NCBI GenBank assembly: GCA_904063045.1
Contig: CAJFCJ010000056.1
Location: 1 to 64,000 of the forward strand
DNA from: Dimorphilus gyrociliatus
Lineage: Eukaryota > Animalia > Annelida
Direction of reading: 5' to 3'
DNA: 64,000 bases
A program made the translations under genes and the position numbers. This document shows positions 11,770 through 24,498 of this stretch, one piece after another. Every line of letters begins with the position of its first letter. Within the stretch, counting starts at the first letter, position 1. The notes beneath the pieces were generated by a model. The model saw only the letters and a program-made list of their open reading frames with translations. It did not search any database and was not told the origin of the DNA.

Positions 11770-14332
11770 GTTTGTAATTTGTTGTATTGCAATTTCACCT
11801 CAAAGCAACTAGTTACAAAACTAAGCTAACAACTGTTCAATTATTAATGGCATATATACTTTCCTCTAAATTAAACAATTTAGAACTTTATAGTTTCAGT
11901 TTCAGTTTCAGTTTCATTTTTCACCAAAAATGGATTTAATTTGGAAGATTTTCATCTTTTGGATAGTAATAATTGAGCACAAATATAAAAATTGACTATC
12001 TTCAAAGAAAATCCTCAAAAAATTTTCTCTAAATGATAGAACATTTTAATTGTTATTGAGATAAAAAAAGTTCAGTTTGCTGTCAAATCTATATAACTTG
12101 TATAATTCAGCGCATCTGTCTTCTGTCTAAACACCTCCTGCTAGAATTCATAGAATGTATATAAGGAAACCATAGACCCAAACATCCCAAAGAATTATTT
12201 TATATCAGACATAAAGAATCTCATGGCAGTATTCCAGTTTTTCCACCTGGAAATATGTTAGGTATAAATAATGATTAATTTTTCTAAGATAACCTCAGAG
12301 TTGTTGTTAAAATGATTTTGAATGATCACAAATCATTCCTATACTTTTACCCTAAATCACCCTAATCTCTCCTTAACCTTTTTCATCACCCATAACCCTT
12401 AGACTAGACTCTCCTAAGTGCATTTTATTTGCTATCTTGTTCTTTGTTACCAGTTTTCAATTGAAGTTTTCTGCAAAAAAATTGGTGACATTACTTAAAA
12501 ATCACTTATTTTTGAAAGTGTTAGAGTTTGAAGGAAATACTTTAATAGAATCTAAAGACTATGAATTTTGTACTTTGTTGTATTGTAATTGAGGAATTTC
12601 TGGTTTGTCACAACTGTAATTGTCCTTTCCAATCATTTACCACTTGCCAAAGTACTCCAAATAGAACCTTTAAAGTTCGTCCACAAATAGTCTAACAAAG
12701 GCAATTTTGGTAGAAATTAATTAACAAAACACCAGTATTTCGTGCAAAGAATATGTATTGAGTAAAATGAGCTTCTAGTTCTAAACAAGCTAGTTTAAAC
12801 AACTAGCTGATGGTTAGAAAACTGAACTATCAACTGTTAATTTCGTAGGGTTTATATACTCTTTTAAGGGTTGATAGTTCACAAATTTCAATGTTCACAA
12901 AAACAAAAGTAACATTTGAAGACAAAGAAAAGTTGTAAATATGGTCACGTTTTTATTGTTTTCCTCTTCTAAATAATAGTTGAATTTCTCAGGTTGGAGA
13001 GTTGCATAAGATGTAACAATTTTAGTAGGACAAGTCCAACAATCAAGAAAACATGTAGATTGTATATTTGACCGTTTTTATATTCTACCTTAATAATGAT
13101 ATTGAATTGATTGAGTTAGTAAATTTAGCATCAGCATATGCAGAGGAAGTATATCTGATTAATGCATGTTAAAAAGAACAGTATTGTGTATACAATACTG
13201 TTGAATAGTGAATATAATCTAAACTTAGAATTTAAGCATAATTGATAATTAATTGAACTAGTTTTAGTTCGAAATCATAAATGTATGGATTAATAAATTG
13301 TAATATTAATGCTAGGTTGCAAATAGCAAATATTCTTTATATAATTCAATAGGTTTTATTGCTGCATAATGTGTATGCACTGCCCTATGTGAAACTAGGT
13401 CACTACTGCTTATCTTTATCAGTGCTATCTGTATAGTACAATACTGGTTCAATACTACTTCTCTATTGTAGAATATAGCTGACGAATGTATGTGTACAAA
13501 TTTATAAAATATATCTTCAAACTGGATTCTCTAGAAAGACTAAAATTACCAAAAATAGATTTTTTTGATAATAAATTAGACTTGAATGATAAATAAATTA
13601 AGTTGAAATTGAAATCTGTAGCATGTTCAAATAATGATCATAGTAATAATTTATTATCAATCAATCACAATACAAGGATTGAAAAAATCAATTCTCTTTT
13701 TTCAAATTTACTTCAAAACTGGAATATTTTAAATTGTAAATTTTTAAATTTTTTTCTATTGTATCTTTTTCTAACAGTCCCGTTTACAAAAATCCTTGTA
13801 AGTTGCTATTTCTAGTTTGTCTTCATTCATTCATTGTTTTGTTATTAAATATTTTAATTTCTACTTTATTATGAACTTTTGTTCTTGGAAATCTTTTAAA
13901 TAGCCTGAAGTACATGAAATGGAGTCCAGGGCTGGGTTAGGATACAACCACAAAACTGTGGGCAATTTCAAAAATTTTTAAATATATATAGTGTGCAACT
14001 TTTGTGTTATTTTACATCTTGATCTATATTACTCTATCCAACTCATCTGATTATCTAACCTAAATATGAAAACACACCAAGACTTCATCCCCCAATTATA
14101 TTTCAATGAGTCATCCTAGAGGTTTAACTATTTGGAAAAGGTGTGGCAAAGCTATTTTTCAATTAGTCCATCAACCAACCAACCAAACTTTATCCCTGCT
14201 CATGGAAAATGAATTACACAACTAATCTAAAAGTTAATGAGAAATAGAAACTGCAAAGTATGGCCAATAGAATATGTATTGAGTAAATGAGTTCAAACAA
14301 CAAAGCTAGAATTAAGAGAAAAGATTCATACT

Positions 14333-16496
14333 CTATACTTTCTTCAGAAAATAATAAGTATATTTTGATATTGCCTTCACTTCATTACTGTTTATATAAG
14401 CAATATTTACTTCTGAGAAATCATAGAATCGAATCAATTTCTTTTTATAGTTATAGAAAACAGCAGAAATAAGCCTATACACTTCCTGCTTGTCAGGAAA
14501 CAAAGGATCATCATTAAAAGAAATCTTATAGTTTTTACCTATAATGTAATAACCCAAATTATTGTGATAATCCACTCTATTGGTGAAAACATTAAATACT
14601 ATAGATTGTGAATTCAAATCTCTGAGACAATAGAGATTGTTAAACTGTGTGTTGTCAATTTTTATATAACAGGCTAAATAAGTTTTATTTAGGAATGAAG
14701 TAGCATTTTCAATAAATTCCCTAGTGAATATCTCTATATTGAGTTGCTGTACAATAAAATTTCTCTCCTCCAGGTTTGGTATATCATAAGAGAGAAATCT
14801 AAAATCTTTACTCTGAAGGGAGAGTAATTTTGTTATTTTATATTTTCCCATTTTATCACAGGATTGAATATGAAATCCAATTGGAAAATGATTACTAAAC
14901 GTTATGGTGTAATCAACAAATCCGTCCAACTTGAAATATTTAATTAGTTCTCCTTTTAAAAAAAGCCTTTTAACAAATCCAAAAAAAAGTCATTAATAAT
15001 TAAAAAAGAATCTTTGAAAGTATTTTTTTAAGTGTAACTCACCTGTCGTACTCTTTGTTTTTTCCCTTATTTGTTCCAACTTTTGGAGTACATTGTATAA
15101 TATTTGTGGTTTCTAACATATTGTCCAAGAGGGCTCTATCCTCTGCAGAACAGTAACTTGCTGACCAGTTTAAATCTCCACCAATAATAAAATCTGTATC
15201 ATTCTGGTAAATTTAAAAATATAAAATTTTCAGAATATTTACAAGAAATTTCTACACAAAAAAAATTCTCTCTGTAAGAATTGAATTTTTAGTTAACCTC
15301 TGTTTCCTCTAATTCTTCAGGAATTTTTAAAAGTTTAGATAATTCTCCAAAAGTTGGGATATTTTCCTTTAGCCTCCTTATCTGGACGACTATGCAAAGG
15401 AATAAATGTGAATTTATCAACTTGACAATATTTTGTTTGAAAAGTAGCAATTAATGGTGGTCTAGAAAATTTTTCTTTTTCCTTATCCTCATATTCTTTA
15501 CATTTAGAACAAACAAGGTATTTTGTATTATAGAGAAGGAAATATCTTTCACAATTGTGGTATTCCTTGCCAAATAATGCGTAATATGGAGATTCTCCAT
15601 TTGATACTAATTCTGTATTTATAGACCTCAAAATCTCGGAAAAATTTGGAAGTTTCTTTTTGTCTTTTGCTACTTCTTGTAAGAGAAGGAGATCAAAACT
15701 TTTAACTGTCTGTTATCAATTTTACAGTTTGTAAATAAAACAAAAAAAGCACTTAATTTTAAAATTATAATTAATTATACTTTTTTAAATTGATTTTTAA
15801 CTTCCTCATTTTCACCCTTATGAGATAAATTATTTAAAATTAACTACTTTGAGAAAATGTTGAATTTATATATTAACCAAATCTTTTTTTTGTATGTTGA
15901 ATGCTCCAATTCTTAAAGAATGAATTCTATCATGTTTAACTTTGAATTTAATAACCACAGAACATTTTTTAAAATTTTCAACATTATTCAATGGAATTTC
16001 TTTTATTGAAAACAAGAAAAATTAATCAATTTTGAAATATTGAATGTTTCAACTCACTGTAAATACTACAGTTTTCTTCGTACTTAAAAACACAGGTTTC
16101 ACGAACAAATTGAACAGAACACAATATTTCTGGTTGAAATATCTTTAAAGTAAATTTTCCCTCTCCATTATGGGTTTCATGCCATTTTGAAAATAATTTT
16201 AAAGAGCTTTTTCTGTTTACATCCTACCAGTTTTAACAAAAAGAAAGTAATTGTAAAATTGTTTTTTTTTTAAATTATTTTCAATAGTTACATATTTAGC
16301 ATCATGATAGAAAAATATTCCATTTGGAACATTTTCATCCATGAAATTAAAATCCCCATCCAAAGTAAAATCTAAAAAGAAGAAATTTTTTTCTCTGTGA
16401 AATAAATCAAAAGTGGAAAAGTTTACTTTGAAATTCCTGGTGAAGAAGGTATTTAATGTCTAAAACAATTTTGTGAGAATTTGGATCTATTGCCAT
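14333..16496 (-). pseudogene. Right-arm DNase I-like gene; C-terminal exon open (198-aa ORF 14333-14929)
   Basis: ORF 15335-15631 (ERYFLLYN..FSRPP..IPLHSRPD); ORF 14333-14929 begins ..FSNHFPIGF followed by ~170 aa of unrecognised sequence; a frameshift after RPDKEAK is shared with the left copy. Confidence 0.8.
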
Positions 16497-16980
16497 TTCT
16501 ATCTAAATAAAAAATGCTTAATAGAGTTGACAAGCAGCAATGGTCAAATAAGAATGTTGTAGACAACAATAAAATTTTCAATCAATAATTAGAAATTATA
16601 GTAGCTTATTAATTGAAACTGTACCTGGGTGAAAATGTACCCAAGTGAAGCTGTACCCAGGTGAAATTGTACCACTTTTTTAGTAAAACTGTACCCATGA
16701 AATTCTAGATGTTTAATTGGTAATATTAAAGAAAATAATACTAAATAAACATTTAATAATAAAAGAGAAAAAATATGAAAAAATTGAGAATAAAAAAAAA
16801 GAAAACTATTGAGCATAAACATAAAATGTTTGAACTAATAATTCATTAGCCATTAGCCATCCAAGTTTATAATTTTTTTAAATTTCAAAAAAATTTATTT
16901 AAATTAACTGACATGTGAGTTTTTACTATATGAACATTAATGATTTGCAATAATCTATATTAAAACTCTAAATGTTGACT

Positions 16981-17292
16981 ATGAAAGAGTTCAAGTAAGA
17001 AAATAGTTATTTTTTTATTCTTATTATTTTATCTTTTGTTTCTGATTTCAGGAATTCAGAAATATATTCAAATGAATATTGTCAATTAAAAGAGACTTTG
17101 GAGTGTAAAATATGCTATAATAACATGGCTAATACTTTGTTTCTACCTTGTTGTCATTTACTAAGCTGTATAGACTGTACAATGAAACTTTCAAGATTAG
17201 AATGCCCATACTGTAAGAATATGATTCGAGGATATGTCATTACAAAAAGTGATACTGATATATTGAACTTGAATTCTTCAAGTGAGAAATAA
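16981..17292 (+). CDS. Small IAP-type C3HC4 RING protein (exons 16981-16994, 17052-17292)
   Basis: MKEFK|NSEIYSNEYCQLKETLECKICYNNMANTLFLPCCHLLSCIDCTMKLSRLECPYCKNMIRG; phase-2 intron as in the 6486 gene. Confidence 0.7.
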
Positions 17293-17380
17293 ACAGGAAT
17301 ATATGAAGTTGATGCCAGACTAGACTATAGCATTTGTAGGGTTTGGATAGTTTTCATTCTAGACTAAATTTAACTTTTTT

Positions 17381-19457
17381 GGGGTCGGGTGTGAACGTAC
17401 CTGGGTGCGAACGTACCCGGGTGCGAACGTACCCTGGGCGGGTGCGAACGTACCCTGGGCGGGTGCGAACGTACCTGGGTACGTTCGCACCCTATTTTTA
17501 TATTTATTTTATTTTTGAATTTTTGAATAAACATGTACATTGACACCCTTTTTTCCTTCTGTTCCTTCATTATATATTTGTTAATATATTGATTTGATAG
17601 AATGCAGATATTAAATAGAATACATATCCCATCAATATTAAATTACTACTTTAAAAGAAAATGTTGTTGAAAGTGAAATAGCAGCCATTTTAATAGTGAT
17701 AGTTTTATTAAATAAACTTTCACTTGGAATATTTATCCTTGCAAAAGTAAAGCTATATTTACTGAATAAATTTGGACAAAGTTCTTCTTGGAAGCTTCAA
17801 CAGAAGTGAGTATTTATATCTAATCATTGAGATTGTTGATTCATGATATTTTGATGTAATATACTATCTTCAATTGTGAAAAAGCTGAATATTTTTCATA
17901 AATAAAATTTCAGCCATTTTGAATATTTGGAAAGGAAATTTATTGATAACTGGAAATATTTTTAGATAACCATCTACATTTGATTGAAGATTAAAAAATG
18001 GCTTTCAAATGTCACAATTGTCATTCAACAATTTATGGAAGGCAAAAATATTTGAAATGCAGCCTTTGTAAGAATCTTATTCATAGGAAATGCACAGGTA
18101 TGTAACTCTTTAATCAGCTTTCATGTAATTATATTTTTTAACATATTCTTATAGAAACACATAACATACCAATTTGCAAACCTTGTAACAAAAGAAAATG
18201 TACTGTCATGCTCAAGAAGTTAACTAATCTGGAAATTCATCAATTCAAAGTAAATTCTGAAGAAAGCTTTATTGATGAAAGAAATAAGATTGCTGCAGTT
18301 GAGGAATCAATATTGGAGGATGAAAATCATGTTCTTTCAGAATGCCAATCAATGGACCTAGACTCTTTGGAGGAAGTTGAAGAGAATGCTGAAGAATATT
18401 GTGAATCATCCACAAAAAGTGATTTTGAGATTGTAAAAGGAGGAAGTAGAAAGGGACATGACATTTTACTGAATGATGGATATTCTTTTGTTGTTAAACA
18501 TAAAACACCATCAAGTACTATTTGGGTGTGCAGTGTGAGAAGTAAGAAGAAAAGATGTGTGGCCAGAATAAGACAAAATGGAAATTTATTTCTCAAAGGC
18601 AATTTGGAACATAATCACAACAGAAAAAAGAATTTAGAAGTGGATATTAAAGTGAAAACAGATTTGAAAATTGTTTGCAGAAGTGATAATCAAACATCTG
18701 GAAGAAGCATTGCTGAAAAAGTTCTTCTATCCTATGAACCCAATGCAACTTGTCTTCCTGATATCAACTATTTGAAGAGAATGGCAAACTCAAATAGACA
18801 AAAGTTTAGGCCAGTGGAACCTAAAGTGTACAACTTTAATTTAGATGAAACATTTTTGCCTGATGAATTTTTGCAGAAAGATATTTGTGAAAATGGAGAA
18901 AGAATTTTAATCTTTGCAACAAACCATCAGCTGAATTTATTATCAAAATCCAACTGTTGTCTATTGTCTATTAGGACCAATAATGATTGTGAAGGATGGC
19001 ATCAAAGAATGAATAGTAAGCTGCCTGCTAAAGGTTCTTTTTACATGCTGGTTGATGAGCTAAAAAAAGAGTCTGAGTTGATTGCAGTTTATGAGAAATT
19101 ACTGTCAGAAAAAAGGATTTACAAACATCAAAAGAAAAAGTATATTGACATCCAAAAGAAAATTTTTGATTTATGGGATGATTTCAAGTTGAACAAATTG
19201 ACATCAATTGATCTATTAATGCAGACATCCCATATCTACTCTCCAGCATAAATATCATTTGTCAAGCTTTATTGTTTTTTAGTATAATATTTAGTCTTTT
19301 AAATACATACTTTTAGATTTATAGCTAAATCTTTTATTCAAAAATTCAAAAATAAAATAAATATAAAAATAGGGTGCGAACGTACCCAGGTACGTTCGCA
19401 CCCGCCCAGGGTACGTTCGCACCCGGGTACGTTCACACCCAGGTACGTTCGCACCCC
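17381..19457 (+). mobile_element. Mutator-like (Phantom-type) element with repeat-containing TIRs, internally deleted
   Basis: TIRs ~17381-17541 and ~19332-19457 built from gggtgcgaacgtacc units, GGGG...CCCC termini; FLYWCH/MULE-type ORF inside; no TSD. Confidence 0.9.
17998..19251 (+). CDS. PHD-FLYWCH protein from a MULE transposase lacking the DDE core (exons 17998-18097, 18155-19251)
   Basis: In-frame splice gives CHNC..CSLCKNLIHRKC..ICKPC (C4HC3). FLYWCH: GYSFVVKHK..TIWVCS..CVARI..HNH. LIFATNHQLNLLSKS is joined directly to C-terminal RTNNDCEGWHQRMN. Confidence 0.85.
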
Positions 19458-20546
19458 AACTCGAAATAGTCAAATTACTGGTGTTTTGTTGATCGAATTT
19501 CTACAATATTACATTAATTGAGATGATTTTGTGTAGGAATGCAAAATGGTTCTATTTGCTTGAGTACTTTGTGATTTGGTAAATGATCGGAAAGGACAAT
19601 TACAACGATGATTAGTAACAGGATGTTATTTTCACATTGAAAATGTCTGTTAAATATCACATAAAAAGGTTTTAATGTAGATTCATCTACTGTGTTGTTT
19701 AAATGATATAAGACAATCTATAAATCAAAATGGTCTATTCATGATTGAATGTACAGTCTATAAATTTTCTAATATTTTATGTAGAAACTTGATTAGACCT
19801 ATTATTTTTTAAAACGCCTATAAACCATTTGATAACAGCCACAATTGATTTTGATTGACAGAATAAGATATGTGATAAACAAAATGAGAATAGAAACTTC
19901 AATATCTTTAATTTCAGTTTTATTTTATTGTTTAAATATTTATTTATGGGTCAGAGAAAAGTTGTCCCCTTCTTGGGAAAACTTGTCCCTTTTTTTGGGA
20001 AAAGTTGTCTCCTTTTTGTAACAGCAAGTTTTATCATTACTAAAAGAAATAAGAAAAAGTATATAAAATATATATACTGTAAAATGAGAAACTCTTTTTT
20101 GTAGTTACATTACTTAGCAAACTAAAGCTCAGTTTTTGAAAAAACTGGTAGATATCAAACTCTGCATTACCAGGTGTTAGGAAAGTAGTCCCTTACTTCC
20201 TGTTTACAGGATTTGAAAGTGTAAAGGTAAAATTTAATATTTTTATATTTGCTTAGCCTTTTAAGGACATAATCCTGTGAGTATAATTTTAATGTTAAAA
20301 AAATGTTTATTTCTTATATAGGTTATTACATTTGTTTTCCAGTGAAATCTTAAATTCAAAGATGGCTTCACTTTGTCCTAATTGTGACATTTGATTTTAT
20401 GGCAGACAAAAGAAGATAAGACACCAAAAGTGTCTCAAAGTAGGTGTCTTTTCATAAATATATCTATATTTATATTTATATTTAATAAGCTCTTTTTTAA
20501 AGATCCAACTCCTCACATTTGCAATCTTTGTGAACCATTCCCCAAA

Positions 20547-20752
20547 GGGGCTGACAGAAAATGTCCACAAATGAAAAATTTCAAGACAAAAATTTGGATT
20601 GAGAAATGGTTAGGCAGAAGAAAACAGCAACTGATTTGTACTTAGGAGGGTCTCCTTTAGGGTTACAGGTAATGGAAAAGGTTAGGTACAGCTAAGGGCT
20701 GGGTTAGGATTAGGGTAAAATCACTCATTTGTGGACATTTTCTGTCACATCC
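20547..20752. mobile_element. ~206-bp MITE with 9-bp TSD TTCCCCAAA
   Basis: TIR ggggctgacagaaaatgtccacaaatga / tcatttgtggacattttctgtcacatcc; TSD at 20538-20546 and 20753-20761. Confidence 0.9.
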
Positions 20753-21499
20753 TTCCCCAAAATGACATTGAAATGCTTATATTGCAATCATACATGTATA
20801 GGTAATTATTCAATTGATTTTAAGATATTTTATTTATTTCTTTAATTAAAGTAGAAATGAGTGAAGACTTGCTAGAATCTTGCAATATCATCACCAAGAA
20901 AACATGTTTTATTAGACTAAAGAGATTGGATGGAAATGTCAATTTAGATGCCACAAATAATGGTAATGTTTCTGAAATCAAAAAGTGGAAGGTGATACAA
21001 CTATTGTAAATAGCATGGATTGTAATAATTTTATAGAGGACTCATTTGAAATGAATGAAGAAGAAAAAGCAGATCAAAATGAATCCAGTTTACATAACTA
21101 CCTGAATTATTTTTGTATTATCTTTGATAAATGTCATAATTCTCTCTTTTTTAGGGCTCAACAGCAAAACAGACACAAATGAGTATATTCAAGACTAGCC
21201 TTGGCTTGTAAACAACTAAGGAGGAGAGATGTAGTAACTGATTTCTAGTTAGGAAGGTTTCATCTAAGGGTTAGGTATAATGGGAAAGGCTAGGTATAGG
21301 AAAAGGCTGAGTTAAGGTTAGGACAAAATTATTGTCTTGTGGACATTTTTTGTTGCATCCTTATTTTTATTGTTATCCTATATCTAATTGTAAGAGTATA
21401 GTGGTATCGTTTACTATCTGTAAATTCAGGTTTTCGCTTAAAATTCTAAAGAGAAAAATATGATATAAATATATTACAATTTCAGGACATTTTGCCGCT

Positions 21500-21770
21500 C
21501 AATAATTTGTAATAGCAGGTTGCAAAGTTAGCAAACTAATGTCAAATGTTAAAAGGGTAGAGTGCTGTCTAAGAAGGGTTGTTTCCAGTTGATCTTTCCA
21601 GTTTAAGGTAATAGAGTTAGACTATAAGAGCAAGGATGTATATACTTGTGGGTTTGTCTCCAATATACAATCACTACTTTACTGTTGGTGGTCTAGGAAC
21701 AATATGTTACAAAGTTCAACACTTGAGAAAATTAATTAATCATACTTTGGCCAAATCCTTAAAATTACAC
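21500..21770. mobile_element. Divergent LTR fragment related to the 635-bp Gypsy LTR (a similar fragment lies at ~54150-54310)
   Basis: ttgtaatagcaggttgc, ggttgtttccag, atgttacaaagttcaac shared with the LTR. Confidence 0.55.
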
Positions 21771-21869
21771 AGTATTGAGTTATTGAAGCCCTAAACTGTT
21801 TTTTTTGCTATTCGTTTTATGATTGTACTTTCCTGCTGGGGTTATAGGTAAGTACTGGTCCAAATAGAA

Positions 21870-22085
21870 CCAAATCATCAAATTTCGTAGGGGTTTGGTA
21901 ATTCTTGCAAAGTCTTTAATAAACCTTCTATAATATCCACAAAATGCAACAAAAACTGAGTAAAATATTTGCAAATACAGGCTTGTTTGCTTCTTTGATC
22001 CTAGCAATTTTCTCTATTCTGTGTCCAAGGAATTGAATTGTTTCCTGGAGAAAGTTACATTTGCTCAGCTTGATTCTAAAAAGTT
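21870..22085 (-). pseudogene. Gypsy RT/connection fragment
   Basis: IKLSKCNFLQETIQFLGH and VAFCGYYRRFIKDFARITKPL, homologous to pol at 49040-49250. Confidence 0.85.
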
Positions 22086-22364
22086 TAAAATACCTTTATT
22101 CTTTAATGTTGTTACACTGTTGTCAATCATTCTTGTTATAATGCTTGTTTTTACTTAATCAATATATTAATATTTAAATATTTGTAATTCTTATTATTCA
22201 TTTTTTCCTGTCAAATTATTCTAAAAACTCCATCTATCAAATATCTTATATCTTACTTTGAAGTTCTATAGTGGATGTTTTCTCCAGTGGACGTTTTCTC
22301 CAAGCACTGGACGTTTTCTCCAAACAGTGGACGTTTTCTCCAGTGGACATTTTCTCCTGTACCC
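22082..22364 (+). mobile_element. 3' end and TIR of the MULE family at 61593-63405
   Basis: Near-identical to 63124-63405, including agtggacgttttctcc units and the ctcctgtaccc terminus. Confidence 0.9.
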
Positions 22365-22932
22365 GGAAGATAGCAACTGCTTTCTAGTTATGGGAGTCTC
22401 ATCTAAGGCTTAGGGATAATGGGAAAGGCTAAGTATAGCCAAGGGCTTGGTTAGGGTAAAAGCAATGTTTTGTGGATGTTTTTTGTGTGCATTCTTATTT
22501 TTATTGTTACTATATAAAAAAATCTTTCATGTAATTCTTTATTCATCTAATTATAGTAATATAGCAAAATAGTTTAGGACCTTTTAAGCCTTATCTCAAG
22601 ACAGTTTTTTATAATTGAAAAGTTCAAGTCTGTCTACCCTTGATTGGCAAAGTCTATCTATTTTCTGAAAAAAGGGAAAAAGGACTTTTTAAAACATTCT
22701 CTGTCACATGAAGCTGGTAAGAGATTTTAGTTCTGTAAAACTGCTTTGATAGCCAAAATAGCTATGATCAATAACATTTCTACAAATTGTGTAGGCTGAC
22801 AATGGCAACTTCATTTGAATAATTTTTATGCAATTTAGTGTTCTACATAATCAAATAAAATTTTATTAGACATTGTTCACAATTTTTAAATATGTAGTGC
22901 TATTCCTCAATTTTCTTATAAGTGACCAGGAC

Positions 22933-23139
22933 GGATACGACAGAAAACATCCCCAAATTTATGGTTTAACCCTAACCCTAACCTAGCCCTTGTCTCTCTC
23001 TAACGTTTTTGATTACTCCTAACCCTTAGATGGAACCCTCCTAACTACAAATCAAAAGCTACTTTACTCCTGCTAACCATTTTTCAAACTGAAATCTTGC
23101 TTTCAAAAATCTCACTTGGGGACATTTTCTGTTGGCCCC
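22933..23139. mobile_element. ~207-bp MITE with 9-bp TSD GACCAGGAC
   Basis: TIR ggatacgacagaaaacatccccaa / ttggggacattttctgttggcccc; TSD at 22924-22932 and 23140-23148. Confidence 0.9.
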
Positions 23140-23563
23140 GACCAGGACAATGACTGTGTCTATGGCTAGTTATAAAAGTGCCTAAAATTTAATATCATAA
23201 AAATTTGCTTTTTAAAACTTTAAATATCGTAGTAAGATTCTAAATATAGGTGTCATTGTTATCAATTGTTGCATATTAAAATTTTGAGTTCAGAATCTGT
23301 TCCTCAGTGAATAATCATTATAATATATTTACTCCGTATATATTAAGAGTTATTGAAATATAAATTATACAAGAAACATACAGTTGTTAGTTTGCTTTGC
23401 CGTGACTGGCAATCAAATTTGAATATAAAGCATAACAAAAAAATCCTTTATAATAGATATTATTAGTCACTCTGAACATAGATATATCTATTTTAAGTAA
23501 TTTTTCAGCTACCAACTCAGTCTAAAATATTTTTGTTCACTTTTTGTTTACTTTTGAAAAAGG

Positions 23564-24194
23564 ATGTTTTTAGCAAGAAGATATTGTATTTTTGTTGCTT
23601 GTATAATAGTTAGTCTATATGGAATAATAACACATATCAAGAAAGAACACTGTGATAAATGTATTTATTGGAATGATTTTAATGATAAAAGAGAATTAAA
23701 GACTAGTCAGGTATTTAAAACAATTTCAGAAATTAATCAGTAATTGTTAAGAATAATTTTCTAAGCAGAAAAAATATATTAATTTGGATTCAACAGAATT
23801 ATATATCTTATGTATACCTGAAAAAGGATTTGCTAATACAATAAGGACAATAGCATCTTGTAAAATTCTATCTGAAGTCTTGAATAGAACTGCACTAATA
23901 TATTCAAATATTCCAAATGAAGACTGCCCCATTAATACATATTTTACTCTCGAATCTATTAAAGTTGTTAACAAGTATGAATTGGGAAATCATACATTTC
24001 CTATTCATAAACTTCTTTATTCTAATGTAAAAACTATTAAAAAACTAATGGCTAAAAAGGAAAAAATTTTTGGTATAAGAAGCCATAATTTTTTTTTGAG
24101 GTTAAACACATTGTCAGAACTTCTTCTAACTCATGCTTCAACATACGGAATGTATGGAGTTGCAAGAAGTGTTGCTATGAGAGGGTTTCAGTAA
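23564..24194 (+). pseudogene. Fucosyltransferase-like paralog with in-frame internal deletion
   Basis: TM exon 23564-23710 (YCIFVACIIVSLYGII), then GFANTIR..; jumps from FFLRLNTLSE to the motif III region LLLTHASTYGMYG; IQIRTG and motif II are absent. Confidence 0.75.
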
Positions 24195-24498
24195 TGAAAT
24201 GTTTGAATGGTAGTTATATCCAGAAACATAGTAGAATAGGAATTTAAAGATATGAATTGATTTTCTTTTCATTAATTTTTAATTGTCTCACATATCATAG
24301 GACTAATATTTTGATATTTAAATATACTATTATTGTTTCTTTTAAATTTACAGACATCACATAATAAATAAATTTTATCATTTTTATTTTTTACCATTGA
24401 CCAGTTTTCAGTTCTTTAATTGTCAGTTGGAAATATTTTATATAGATATGAATTATTATGATGTTATACTGTAATTCTACTATAGGCCAATATGTTAT

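Larger units (their letters stand above)
1220..17380. repeat. Large fold-back inverted duplication (arms 1220-9067 and 9194-17380; spacer 9068-9193)
   Basis: Mirrored ORFs (6682-6939+/11318-11575-, 4429-4641-/13603-13815+, 8491-8676-/9519-9770+). Reverse-complement identity traced by eye from aaaaaaattaaatttaatcta (1220) / tagactaaatttaactttttt (17360-17380) inward to tggat (9067) / atcca (9194). Confidence 0.95.

Noticed and set aside
1220-17380. Palindrome as a simple single-molecule read-through artefact
   Set aside because: A 346-bp microhomology deletion, a nonsense change and CpG transitions between the arms are not expected from one molecule; a haplotype misjoin remains possible.
17381-17492. 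CRISPR-like repeat array (also 61593-61718 and 63311-63398)
   Set aside because: The units are adjacent or separated by only 0-4 nt, have no unique spacers and no cas genes, and occur as inverted pairs around transposase ORFs; they are transposon subterminal repeats.
22968-22985. TTAGGG-like tracts as a telomere or interstitial telomere
   Set aside because: Only 2-3 degenerate units, always inside the TSD-flanked MITE.
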